A stretch of 64,000 nucleotides of DNA from Planctomycetaceae bacterium. Lineage in GTDB: Bacteria; Planctomycetota; Planctomycetia; Pirellulales; Pirellulaceae. Where the stretch lies: positions 2,738-66,737 of the forward strand of contig PKCN01000399.1 in assembly GCA_002862205.1 (NCBI GenBank). The letters are read 5' to 3'. The notes beneath the pieces are model-generated. The model searched no databases. It saw only the letters and a program-made list of their open reading frames with translations, and had not been told where the DNA came from. Of the stretch, positions 45,814 through 54,701 are shown piece by piece. A program made the translations under genes and the position numbers. Position 1 is the first letter of the stretch; each line of letters begins with the position of its first letter.

Positions 45814-48549
45814 ATGAAATCTTTTGGCGTTCGCCTCGCCGCAGGCGCTGGCACGATTCTTGTTGTTGCTTATGCGATCGCGCTTGCGCAAAAAGACAAT
45901 CAGGCAGTTTCAGATACATGGAATGCCGAGTCGGCCGTTGCTCCAGACCCCGCCGTTCCCATTGGCACCAATGAGTCGCCAGCTTGGCTGAACCAACCCG
46001 ACACCCAACTGGTGGACCAACAGCAGGCGTTATCGTTCAATCCGATGACAAATCCAGTTGATTCAGCAAGTGGTGTTGAGCAAGTCAATTACGACGAAAC
46101 AACAGTTGCTGCCCCGGTCGTCGCAGTTGCGGGATTCGATTCATTGCCGAGTGATCCAACGAGCGTCCCGCAGCCAACCGTACTTGCAACTCCTCAGGTC
46201 CCACTGCCCGGCGACTCGGTGCTATCCTCAGACGTTCCTGGGACTGCTGATGGAACCTTTTCCAACGAACCATCCGCCAATTTGGCGTTACCCGAAGCCG
46301 ATTCCCTTGGCCTTGCAAGCCCGACATTCCAAACTCCCACCAGCTCGGATCAAGCCTTGGCTGCGAGTTCGCCAGAGCCATCAACCGGTTTTGGAAGTTC
46401 CTTGCCTGAGATTACCGCGGTTGCTGCAGACACGACGGCGGCGGCCATGGCAGCGGGGGGAATGGCAGCGGGGGGCATCGCCGATCTCCCGGCTTCCACT
46501 GCATCGACATTCGCTGCCGCAGCAGGTGTTGCAGCAGTCGCCACTGCAGGGGTGGCAGAGGCCAACCCTGCCGCCGCAGGACTCGGTTTTCCAACCAACT
46601 CTGACTCTCGGGATAACTCGACCGGACTTGGTGCCCCGCAGGAATCAGTTGCCCCCGCTCAACTCGGTGCCGTACCACAACCAGCCGGATTCAGTGCTCA
46701 ATACAATGACCAATCCAACCCACAGGAATTGGCCGCCAGTTTTCCCGCTCCTGCTAACACGCTCCGAGGCGCGGCACCCGCCCAAAATCAACTGCGATCC
46801 TCAGCAGCGGTGGAACCATTTGCAAGCGAGGCGGCGGCGACATCACCGTTGGCCCAAAGTGCAAGCCTTGCCGAAGACCCCGGTTTTCAGACGCCGAGTG
46901 GCTTCGCAAATGGAGCTCAAGCCTATGCTGACGACACCATGGCCTCAGGCGTGGTGGGAAGTGCGATTGCTGCATCCGGTGCCAGCGTGATGGTCGATAC
47001 CGCGATGGCAGGCGATGTCGCGGCAGCTCCGGCAACCTTCCGCAACGGGCCCCCGACCCCGCTCACTGATGGCTACGGTACCCAAACTGGAACGACGACC
47101 AACCCAGTCAACATGGTACCTCCCAACACGGCGATCGCATTGAATCCAAACGCGACCACAGATGCCCCGGGGGAACGTCGTCTTGAGGGCGCACAGACGC
47201 CCAGTGTGATCATCCAAAAACGGGCTCCTGCGGAAGTCAAGGTGGGCAAACCAGCTGCCTTTGTGATCAGCGTTCGCAACGTTGGTGCCGTCGAAGCTCT
47301 GGACGTGGAGGTACACGATCGCATTCCCGCCGGAATGCGGCTCGCGGACGCCTCGCCACCACCTGTGATTCAAGGAAACCTGTTGATGTGGCAAATCGGT
47401 TCGATGCCCGCCGGTGACGAACGCACCATCACTCTACAGTTGATCCCCGAGCAGGAAGGTGAACTTGGAAGCGTTGCTCGCGTCAGTTTTGAAGCAGCGG
47501 CTTCGGTCCGAACCATTGCGACCCGCCCCATGCTGAAAATCGAACAACAAACTCCTGAGAAAGTACTGATCGGGCAACAACTTGAAATCGCCCTCACCAT
47601 CTCGAACACTGGATCAGGCAAAGCGACCAACGTTGAGATTTGGGAGGATGTTCCTGCTGGTCTATCGCACCCAGAGGGCCCTCAACTCAAGCAGAACATC
47701 GGGACATTGATGCCGGGTGAAGTCCGCAACGACTCGCTGTTCCTGAAAGCCGAGCAGCCGGGAATCATTGAAAACACGATCCGTCTGGTGGGTGATGACG
47801 GTCTTACGACCGAAGAGACCGTTTCTGTCGAAGTCATTGCACCCCAGTTGGAAGTTGCTCTTGAAGGTCCCACACGACGTTTTCTGGAACGTCAGGCAAA
47901 CTATCAATTGAACGTGGCCAATGCGGGAACCGCCTCGGCTACCAACGTCGAGATCTCTGTCCAACTCTCACGTGGCTTCACCTTTGTCAGCACCGATTTC
48001 GAAGGACAATATGATCCGGATCGGCACGCTGTCTTCTGGTCTCTGGCTCAATTACCAGCCGGAGCAAAGGGAATGGTTCCCCTGACACTTCTGCCGGTCG
48101 AAACAGGCGAACAAGTCATCAAGATCAACGCCAACGCGGATCTCAGCGCCCTCGCGCAAACCGAGCGTAAAATGACCGTTGAGGGGTTCGCCGATCTGGA
48201 CTTTTCGATGACCAATCCCAATGGTCCCATTGAAATCGGTGCAGAAACAACCTACGACATCGTCGTTCACAACAGTGGTTCAAAAGCAGACACCAACATA
48301 CGGGTTCAAGTTCAATTGCCAGCAGGACTGGAACTACTCAGCGTTGATGGTGATGCTGGAACCGATGGCAACGGACTGGTTGCCTTTCAACCCAAAGCCC
48401 AATTGGGCCCCGGCCAGGAATTCAAATACCGGGTGAGAGTGCGTGGCACAACGGCAGGCACGCACATTGCCAAGGCAGTGGTGGTGAGTGACCAAAGCTC
48501 CGTGCCCGTCACCAAAGAAGACACAACACGTGTTTACGCTGACCAATAG
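45814..48549 (+). CDS. Large secreted DUF11-repeat (CARDB-like) protein with about 430-aa low-complexity A/P/S/T-rich N-terminal region
   Basis: ORF 45805..48549. The ATG at 45814 has AAGGA 9 nt upstream and gives the signal peptide MKSFGVRLAAGAGTILVVAYAIALAQ. The C-terminal half has repeated DUF11-like modules (V.VGKPAAFVISVRNVGAVEALDVEVHDRIPAGM; NTGSGKATNVEIWEDVPAGL; NAGTASATNVEISVQLSRGF; NSGSKADTNIRVQVQLPAGL). Confidence 0.85.
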   Translation: MKSFGVRLAAGAGTILVVAYAIALAQKDNQAVSDTWNAESAVAPDPAVPIGTNESPAWLNQPDTQLVDQQQALSFNPMTNPVDSASGVEQVNYDETTVAAPVVAVAGFDSLPSDPTSVPQPTVLATPQVPLPGDSVLSSDVPGTADGTFSNEPSANLALPEADSLGLASPTFQTPTSSDQALAASSPEPSTGFGSSLPEITAVAADTTAAAMAAGGMAAGGIADLPASTASTFAAAAGVAAVATAGVAEANPAAAGLGFPTNSDSRDNSTGLGAPQESVAPAQLGAVPQPAGFSAQYNDQSNPQELAASFPAPANTLRGAAPAQNQLRSSAAVEPFASEAAATSPLAQSASLAEDPGFQTPSGFANGAQAYADDTMASGVVGSAIAASGASVMVDTAMAGDVAAAPATFRNGPPTPLTDGYGTQTGTTTNPVNMVPPNTAIALNPNATTDAPGERRLEGAQTPSVIIQKRAPAEVKVGKPAAFVISVRNVGAVEALDVEVHDRIPAGMRLADASPPPVIQGNLLMWQIGSMPAGDERTITLQLIPEQEGELGSVARVSFEAAASVRTIATRPMLKIEQQTPEKVLIGQQLEIALTISNTGSGKATNVEIWEDVPAGLSHPEGPQLKQNIGTLMPGEVRNDSLFLKAEQPGIIENTIRLVGDDGLTTEETVSVEVIAPQLEVALEGPTRRFLERQANYQLNVANAGTASATNVEISVQLSRGFTFVSTDFEGQYDPDRHAVFWSLAQLPAGAKGMVPLTLLPVETGEQVIKINANADLSALAQTERKMTVEGFADLDFSMTNPNGPIEIGAETTYDIVVHNSGSKADTNIRVQVQLPAGLELLSVDGDAGTDGNGLVAFQPKAQLGPGQEFKYRVRVRGTTAGTHIAKAVVVSDQSSVPVTKEDTTRVYADQ

Positions 48550-48585
48550 CGTTCAGGGGAATCGGCCATCAGCACAGACTGACTT

Positions 48586-49683
48586 CTATCGCAGTCGTCG
48601 CATGTAAGCCAGAAATGCTCGGTTGGTTTGTTCGAGAGTCATTTCAAAACACTCTTCAAAATCATCCAGCCGTTGCCGTTTGGTTTTTTCGGCGAGGTAT
48701 TTGCCTTCACTCAAAAGCCGCAGGTACTTCACGTATTCCTTGCGTTTCGTCTTGATCAGAAAATAGGTCAACGCCCAGCCTTCTGCGTAGGCAGCCGTTG
48801 CTTCGCCAGGGTTTCTGTAACGCATGTCGTCTGCCAGCAAAGTCACCAACGAATCGTTGGATCGACGGGGATAGGCTTGAATCCACCGTCGCAAGTTGAC
48901 TTGGTTGACACTACCAATCGCCCGCCAGTTTCTCGGGTTCCTGCGATCAGGAGTTTCAAAGAACATGGCGAGGCCTTCGCTGACCCACATGGGGTTGTCG
49001 GCGAAGCGTCTTTGCATGCCACAATTGTAGGCAAGCTGGTGCGTGGCTTCATGAATGATGGTCGCCACATTACGTTCCCAATCGGGAACATTGAATGTGA
49101 TCATGCGATTGCTACCCAGATGGTAGTAGCCGATCACTGATTTCGCGGTATCACCGATATCATTGGTGGCGTAGGACAGGAACGCTCCGTGATCACGAAG
49201 CACAACGGCAACCAACGGATATTTCGGCTCTGGCAGTTCCCATCGCTGGTTCTTCCAAAAGATAAAGAAGGACCGATAAAGCTGCTCAAACAAGGCACCG
49301 ACCTGTTTCGCATAAGCCTCGCTGCTGTTGTAGCAGATCACGTAATGTTGGGTTCGATAGATCGCGCAACCCTGCCCCAATTCATTCTCAAGTCGTGACT
49401 GGATCTCATCGGCGTCAATGGGTTCAAATGGCCGATCATCCGTTTTACGCTCGATAATATCTTCCGGTTGCAGCGTCCAGATCTGACCGTCATCGGCCTG
49501 CAGCATGACTCCTCCATCCTGCGCTTCCACGAGGATTTCCCCGGCTGCAGTTCTCTCTTTATCGGCGGTGCGGAATTTGATGGTTTCCACTCCCAGCAAG
49601 GGGGTAGCATGAATCAGAAAAGCATGGAAAGCAGCAAGCAGCAGCACCAACCGTGGCATTGAGAGCAGCATTTGAATTCGCAT
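48586..49683 (-). CDS. DUF1570-family secreted protein with HExxH (HEATHQ) putative metallopeptidase motif
   Basis: 365-aa ORF with a signal peptide. It contains IIHEATHQLAYN plus a downstream WVSEGLAMFFE. It lies 24 nt downstream of the permease gene on the same strand. Confidence 0.8.
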   Translation of the reverse strand: MRIQMLLSMPRLVLLLAAFHAFLIHATPLLGVETIKFRTADKERTAAGEILVEAQDGGVMLQADDGQIWTLQPEDIIERKTDDRPFEPIDADEIQSRLENELGQGCAIYRTQHYVICYNSSEAYAKQVGALFEQLYRSFFIFWKNQRWELPEPKYPLVAVVLRDHGAFLSYATNDIGDTAKSVIGYYHLGSNRMITFNVPDWERNVATIIHEATHQLAYNCGMQRRFADNPMWVSEGLAMFFETPDRRNPRNWRAIGSVNQVNLRRWIQAYPRRSNDSLVTLLADDMRYRNPGEATAAYAEGWALTYFLIKTKRKEYVKYLRLLSEGKYLAEKTKRQRLDDFEECFEMTLEQTNRAFLAYMRRLR

Positions 49684-49707
49684 TAAGAGTTCATATCAGA
49701 GAAGCAG

Positions 49708-51243
49708 TCATTTCACTTTAACACGTAATGCAAGGAACCTGCGTGCTAAAAATAGAGAGATCGCGAGCACTACCGCCAAATACCACATCGCCAAAGCGGC
49801 CTCCTGATACCGTGCCCCACTGTGGAGGAGCCCGAATAAGCGGGTTCCAACAGTTGTGACACCGGGTGGCACCACCGGCAGCGTCGCCGGCACATCACCG
49901 GAGGCAACGATTGCGGCAACGACCGCAGCAACGCAGAGACTCCCCTTGAGGAGGGGACGATCGATAACCCAAACTCGCCTGAACCAGGAGTGGTCGAATT
50001 GGGCAGTCTCCAACAAATGGTTATCCAAACCACGATACCCTGCCCTCAGCACCCAATAGGCCGCAGGCACCGCACGAAAAAGTAGTGCAATGACGGTCGG
50101 CACAATCGTTTGCTGGTACAGCGTTGAAAACGCGGGAATCGGGATCTGAAATAACCTGACCACCAGCAATCCGACCAATGGACCTGGCAATAAGACCAAT
50201 CCGATCGTGAACAGATCCAAAGCAGCCTCCAAGCGACGGCGTTCTCTTGCCAGCGCTGCCATGGGCCAGGCAATCAAGACGGCAGTGACAGCAACGGCCA
50301 CAGCGATGATGCCAGTCCAGCGATACTCGGAGGCAAAAAGAAACGGTGCTTCCCAGAGTCTCTGAACGGTTCGGCTGAACGACCATGTACCTACCAGCGT
50401 TCCATCAAGCACCTCGACATCGTGCCCCACTTTCACCAGCAAACCTGCCAACGGTACGAACACAATCAAGCCACCGATCAGGATCGCGATTATGGCCGCT
50501 GACCAACAAACTCCTTTACCAACTTCTTCATGTTCATGCCTCACAACCGCTGATTCGCTGGCAGTCACAATGAACTTCCTGCGTTGCACCAGCAACCACG
50601 TCATCAGCATTGCCATGCTCACGAGCGGCAGCACACAGACGATAAAGACTGAAAGCAGCGAAGGCTCCACTGCATAGAACAGATAAAACTCGTCAGCAAT
50701 GGTTCGAAAGCCATACAGATCCACGACAGTCATTTCCGTCGTAGCCAAAACAGCGGTGGCAACAAGGCTGGAGAGCAGCCAGGGAAAAGCCAAGGGGAGT
50801 TGTACTCGCCACCAGGTTTGCAGGAGACCGAGATCCATCCGCGCTTTTTGACGCACATGATCAGGTACTCGATTCACGCCATACCAGGTCGCCAACGCGA
50901 CCAGTGCTGCGCCAGCGAGGCCATGAATCCAACCGCACGCAATGAGTCCACGAAAGAACCCGTAATCAGACAGGCCCTCTGCACGAGCTCCGGTCTGAGT
51001 CATGATCATCCACCCAAACTTACCCGCTGTCGCTTCCCATGCCGCAGCCTGCAAAATCATTGGCATCGCAATAGCGACTACCATGGCAGCTAGAAAACCG
51101 CCGGCAATCCAGCGGCAAAACCGGCCCGCGACCTGTAAATTGGAAGCAGCCCAACCGCCAGCAATACCGAGGGTTGCTGCCAGGATCACGGCAAACACCA
51201 CCAGTTGGAAAGTCAGAAAAAGTGGCTGAATCCAAGCCAACAC
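49708..51243 (-). CDS. Two-domain (fused) binding-protein-dependent ABC transporter permease, FbpB/ThiP-like
   Basis: 511-aa polytopic ORF with two EAA-loop-like segments: RQKARMDLGLLQTWWRVQLPLAFPWLL and LETAQFDHSWFRRVWVIDRPLLKGSL. No ATPase or solute-binding gene is adjacent. Confidence 0.75.
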   Translation of the reverse strand: MLAWIQPLFLTFQLVVFAVILAATLGIAGGWAASNLQVAGRFCRWIAGGFLAAMVVAIAMPMILQAAAWEATAGKFGWMIMTQTGARAEGLSDYGFFRGLIACGWIHGLAGAALVALATWYGVNRVPDHVRQKARMDLGLLQTWWRVQLPLAFPWLLSSLVATAVLATTEMTVVDLYGFRTIADEFYLFYAVEPSLLSVFIVCVLPLVSMAMLMTWLLVQRRKFIVTASESAVVRHEHEEVGKGVCWSAAIIAILIGGLIVFVPLAGLLVKVGHDVEVLDGTLVGTWSFSRTVQRLWEAPFLFASEYRWTGIIAVAVAVTAVLIAWPMAALARERRRLEAALDLFTIGLVLLPGPLVGLLVVRLFQIPIPAFSTLYQQTIVPTVIALLFRAVPAAYWVLRAGYRGLDNHLLETAQFDHSWFRRVWVIDRPLLKGSLCVAAVVAAIVASGDVPATLPVVPPGVTTVGTRLFGLLHSGARYQEAALAMWYLAVVLAISLFLARRFLALRVKVK

Positions 51244-51441
51244 TACCCACTCCGAAGAAACCCAAGATAAGCACAGAAAGATCAGTAATCAGGACGCGGA
51301 AGAGCCCTCGAGCAATCACAATGTTTGGGGGCCAAACCTGCGAACCCAGATTGTCACCGATTTTCGCATCCTTCGGCATCCCCTGTCCCTCACAGGCCCT
51401 TTCCTGCCAATTCACGCCAATCAAGAGATCCAGTACTCATC

Positions 51442-53307
51442 ATGAAAATCACCGCCATCCCACAACTGTACCGCAATTTGAGGCGGTGGCGGGAAATTCT
51501 GGCGGTGCTGCGTCGATACGGGCTTGCTGACTGGCTGACGCATTTCCGACTCCCTTTCAAGGATTCCCTGAAGGACCGAGGCGGAGTCCCCCTATCGCAA
51601 TACTCCCGTGAACAGCGGGTACGGATGGCACTGACTGATCTCGGCCCCACCTTCATCAAACTGGGACAGATCCTGGCGTCTCGCCCCGACCTCGTGGGTC
51701 CCAGCCTCAGCGAGGAGTTGAAACAGCTTCGAGCCAATGTTGCAGCTGACGAGATCGACCAAGTGCGTGAGACCCTACGAAATGAACTTGGCGAAGATTA
51801 TGAGTCGCACTTCCAAACAATTGACTTCAAGCCACTTGCGACCGCATCAATCGGACAGGTACACCGTGCCGTCCTGAATGATGGCTCACGGGTGGTGCTG
51901 AAAGTTCAGCGAGTGGGCATTGAAAGGAAAATGCAACAGGACATGGAAGTCTTGGCAGGCGTTGCACAACTAGCCAAGCGGGTTGATGCGTTGAATGCGT
52001 GGGGGCCTGTTGAAATGGTTCGACAGTTGGCCCCAATGATTACCCGTGAACTTGACTTCAGTCGCGAGCGACAGAACCTTGATCAGTTCGCTGAAATGTT
52101 CAGCCGTAAATCCTGCGATGTGATCATTCCACGGCCCGTCAATGCACTCTGCACACGCCGGGTGTTGGTGATGGATGAGCTGATTGGTGTACCGCTAGCC
52201 GACTATCTGGCAAGCCACCCGAACCAGAAGCCGGAAGTTTCTGAACCAAACCCGGGGAATGCTGATCAGGAAGATGGTGGAAGCGATCCAACCGGCAACT
52301 CAACGGCGGACGATCCAACTACTCATCAGGCAACGACGGCCTCAGAAAACGTTGCCGCGAGCGAATCACCGCTTCAATCCTCTCAGGAGCATGACGAGTC
52401 ACTCAAACAGCACCTTGGGGAAACGATCGCAGAAGCCTATTTGACGATGTTGTTCGACGAAGCACTTTTCCACGCCGATCCCCACCCCGGCAACCTGATT
52501 GCGATGGAAGATGGAACATTGGGGATTCTGGATTTTGGAATGATCGGGCGCATTGATGAAACCCTGCGCGAAACGATCGAAGAGATGCTGGTCGCCATTT
52601 CCTCGGGTGACCAACACCGCCTGGTCAGGTTGATCCGCCGCGTCGGTGATGCTCCACCCACACTCGATGATTCAGCCTTGGCAATCGACGTCACCGAATT
52701 CATTGGCACCTATGGCAGGCAGAATTTGGGCGAATTCGATCTCACAGGCGCCTTGAATGAGCTGAGCGAAATCCTGCACCGGCACGCGATCAAACTGCCC
52801 AACCAATCAGCGTTGCTGTTGAAAATGCTGGTCTCCCTGGAGGGCACCCTAGGCGAATTAGGAGCAAGGTTTGACAGTTTGGAAGCCGTACGAACCTTCA
52901 TGACGCGATCGGTGGCTCGCCGATTGAGCCCACAACGTCGATTTCGACAGGCTCGTCGCATTTATCTCGAAGCCGAAAATTTCATGGAAGCTGCACCGGA
53001 TGAGCTAATTTCGCTGATGCGGCAAGCCAGAAAAGGTGAAGTCAGGGTTATTTTAGAGCATCAACGCCTCAGCCCTACGGTGAACCGGATGGTGCTCGGC
53101 TTGATGACCAGTGCGGTTTTTCTCGGCTCTTCCCTGCTGCTGGCCATGAAAGTTCCCCCCCTGCTCTTCCACGACGAAAGCTGGCTAGCGTTGCAAGACA
53201 TCAGCTTATTGGGACTTCTGGGTTTCTTTGGCAGCATGACCGTCATGCTGTGGCTACTGCGGGCGATCAATCGGAGCGGCCATTTGACTCGCCACAACGA
53301 AGACTAA
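51442..53307 (+). CDS. ABC1/UbiB-family atypical protein kinase
   Basis: ORF 51325..53307, with ATG at 51442 (MKITAIPQLYRN). ABC1 signatures are GPTFIKLGQILASRPDLV, ASIGQVHRAVL, KVQRVGI and FHADPHPGNL. Two TM helices lie at the C-terminus. Confidence 0.9.
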   Translation: MKITAIPQLYRNLRRWREILAVLRRYGLADWLTHFRLPFKDSLKDRGGVPLSQYSREQRVRMALTDLGPTFIKLGQILASRPDLVGPSLSEELKQLRANVAADEIDQVRETLRNELGEDYESHFQTIDFKPLATASIGQVHRAVLNDGSRVVLKVQRVGIERKMQQDMEVLAGVAQLAKRVDALNAWGPVEMVRQLAPMITRELDFSRERQNLDQFAEMFSRKSCDVIIPRPVNALCTRRVLVMDELIGVPLADYLASHPNQKPEVSEPNPGNADQEDGGSDPTGNSTADDPTTHQATTASENVAASESPLQSSQEHDESLKQHLGETIAEAYLTMLFDEALFHADPHPGNLIAMEDGTLGILDFGMIGRIDETLRETIEEMLVAISSGDQHRLVRLIRRVGDAPPTLDDSALAIDVTEFIGTYGRQNLGEFDLTGALNELSEILHRHAIKLPNQSALLLKMLVSLEGTLGELGARFDSLEAVRTFMTRSVARRLSPQRRFRQARRIYLEAENFMEAAPDELISLMRQARKGEVRVILEHQRLSPTVNRMVLGLMTSAVFLGSSLLLAMKVPPLLFHDESWLALQDISLLGLLGFFGSMTVMLWLLRAINRSGHLTRHNED

Positions 53308-53372
53308 TCCCCTTGCAAAGTCATGGTTGCCGATTCACCGGTATCGCAAATCCCATTGCATTTGTCCCTCTA

Positions 53373-53402
53373 TTGACGCTAATCCGTTGTGATTTCTATA
53401 CT
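53373..53402 (+). promoter_or_regulatory. Candidate sigma70-type promoter (TTGACG - 18 nt - TATACT)
   Basis: The -35 element TTGACG is at 53373-53378 and the -10 element TATACT at 53397-53402, about 68 nt upstream of the ATG at 53470. This is sequence resemblance only; planctomycete promoter rules are poorly defined. Confidence 0.3.
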
Positions 53403-53469
53403 TGAGCAAGATCACGGGGTGCGGAACTCCGGATGATGCTTTCATCGATGACCAAACCTACAAAGCAAC

Positions 53470-54558
53470 ATGAACAAGACCGACCGACGTCACGAGCTAC
53501 AGCAGAATGAATTAGCGGCTTATTTGGAAAAAGCCAATACTTACATTGAGCCATACTCGAAACCAATCCTCGGAGTTGTCCTCGTTTTGATGGCGTTCGG
53601 AGTGTTCTGGTCTTTCTACTCATCCGAACAGAATGCAGATAGTAGTTTTGCGACACAGAGACTGATTCAGGAGACCAACATTCAAAACGTTGATCCTGAG
53701 AGTCTGGACCAACTGAGTACCGAGTTCCCTGAAACTCCCGCAGGTAAATTGGCAAAGCTCTATCAAGGGTTGGCTTTGGTTTCCGAAGGTAACCTGGATA
53801 TCTATACTGACCGTGAGACAGCCACCACCACACTCGAACAGGGGATCAACGTTCTCACCGCTGCAGCTTCCAGCAGCGAGGAACCACTGATTCGCTCCCG
53901 TGCCAATCTTGGAGTCGCGTTAGCCTACGTCACGCTCGGTGAGAATGCCAAAGCGATCGAGGCTTACAAAGCAGTCATTGCCGCAAACGAATCCGAGGCG
54001 ATGGTCGAAAACGCGAATGACCGCATTGAAATTCTGGAAAGCAAGTCCAGCCAAGAATTTGCATCGTGGTTCAAAACTGCGAATTTCGCAGTCGTGACTC
54101 CGCCTAACGCAGACCCTTCCCTGCCACCGATGTCCGGACTGCCCAACATCGGCTTGCCTGATATCAAAATGCCAGAATTGAATCTGGGCGGCGAAGGTGA
54201 ATCCAATCCTTTGGGTGGTGATGATGCTGTTCCACGCGACCTCGATGGTGGACTGGACTTGCCTGATACCGCAGAGGCTCCTGCAACCGCCGATGCGGAT
54301 GCGGCGAAACCCGCCGATGCGGATGCGACTGCACCGTCCCCGGATGCACCCGCTGAACCAGCTGACGCACCCGCTGAACCAGCCGACGCAGCCGCTGAAC
54401 CAGCTGACGCACCCGCTGAACCAGCTGACGCACCCGCTGAATCAGCCGACGCAGCTCAACCCGACCAGACCGATGCGGCGGCACCCACTGATGCGGCGGC
54501 ACCCACTGATACTGGTGCGGAGGATTCGGCCACGGAATCCCCAACCACTGACAAGTAG
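53470..54558 (+). CDS. YfgM-like membrane-anchored TPR-like protein with acidic Ala/Pro/Asp repeat tail
   Basis: 362 aa. The N-terminus RRHELQQNELAAYLEKANTYIEPYSKPILGVVLVLMAFGVFWSFY (cytoplasmic stub plus one TM) and the following helical TPR-like region match the YfgM architecture. The C-terminus carries (DAPAEPA)-type repeats. Confidence 0.72.
   Translation: MNKTDRRHELQQNELAAYLEKANTYIEPYSKPILGVVLVLMAFGVFWSFYSSEQNADSSFATQRLIQETNIQNVDPESLDQLSTEFPETPAGKLAKLYQGLALVSEGNLDIYTDRETATTTLEQGINVLTAAASSSEEPLIRSRANLGVALAYVTLGENAKAIEAYKAVIAANESEAMVENANDRIEILESKSSQEFASWFKTANFAVVTPPNADPSLPPMSGLPNIGLPDIKMPELNLGGEGESNPLGGDDAVPRDLDGGLDLPDTAEAPATADADAAKPADADATAPSPDAPAEPADAPAEPADAAAEPADAPAEPADAPAESADAAQPDQTDAAAPTDAAAPTDTGAEDSATESPTTDK
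54346..54450 (+). repeat. In-frame 21-nt coding tandem repeat x5 (GCACCCGCTGAACCAGCTGAC), encoding (APAEPAD)5; followed by an 18-nt x2 repeat at 54472-54507
   Basis: Read directly. Copies differ by 1-2 substitutions. Confidence 0.95.
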
Positions 54559-54701
54559 TCACCGTTTCGCTCAGGATTCACGTCATTTCTGACTCCACTG
54601 ATCCATCGTCTTCCCACGCAAAAGGCGAGGAGTGCTCACAGGATAGTGACGTCTACCGCGACTTTGTTGTCCCTGAGTCGGCTGCAGGACAGCGGATTGA
54701 T

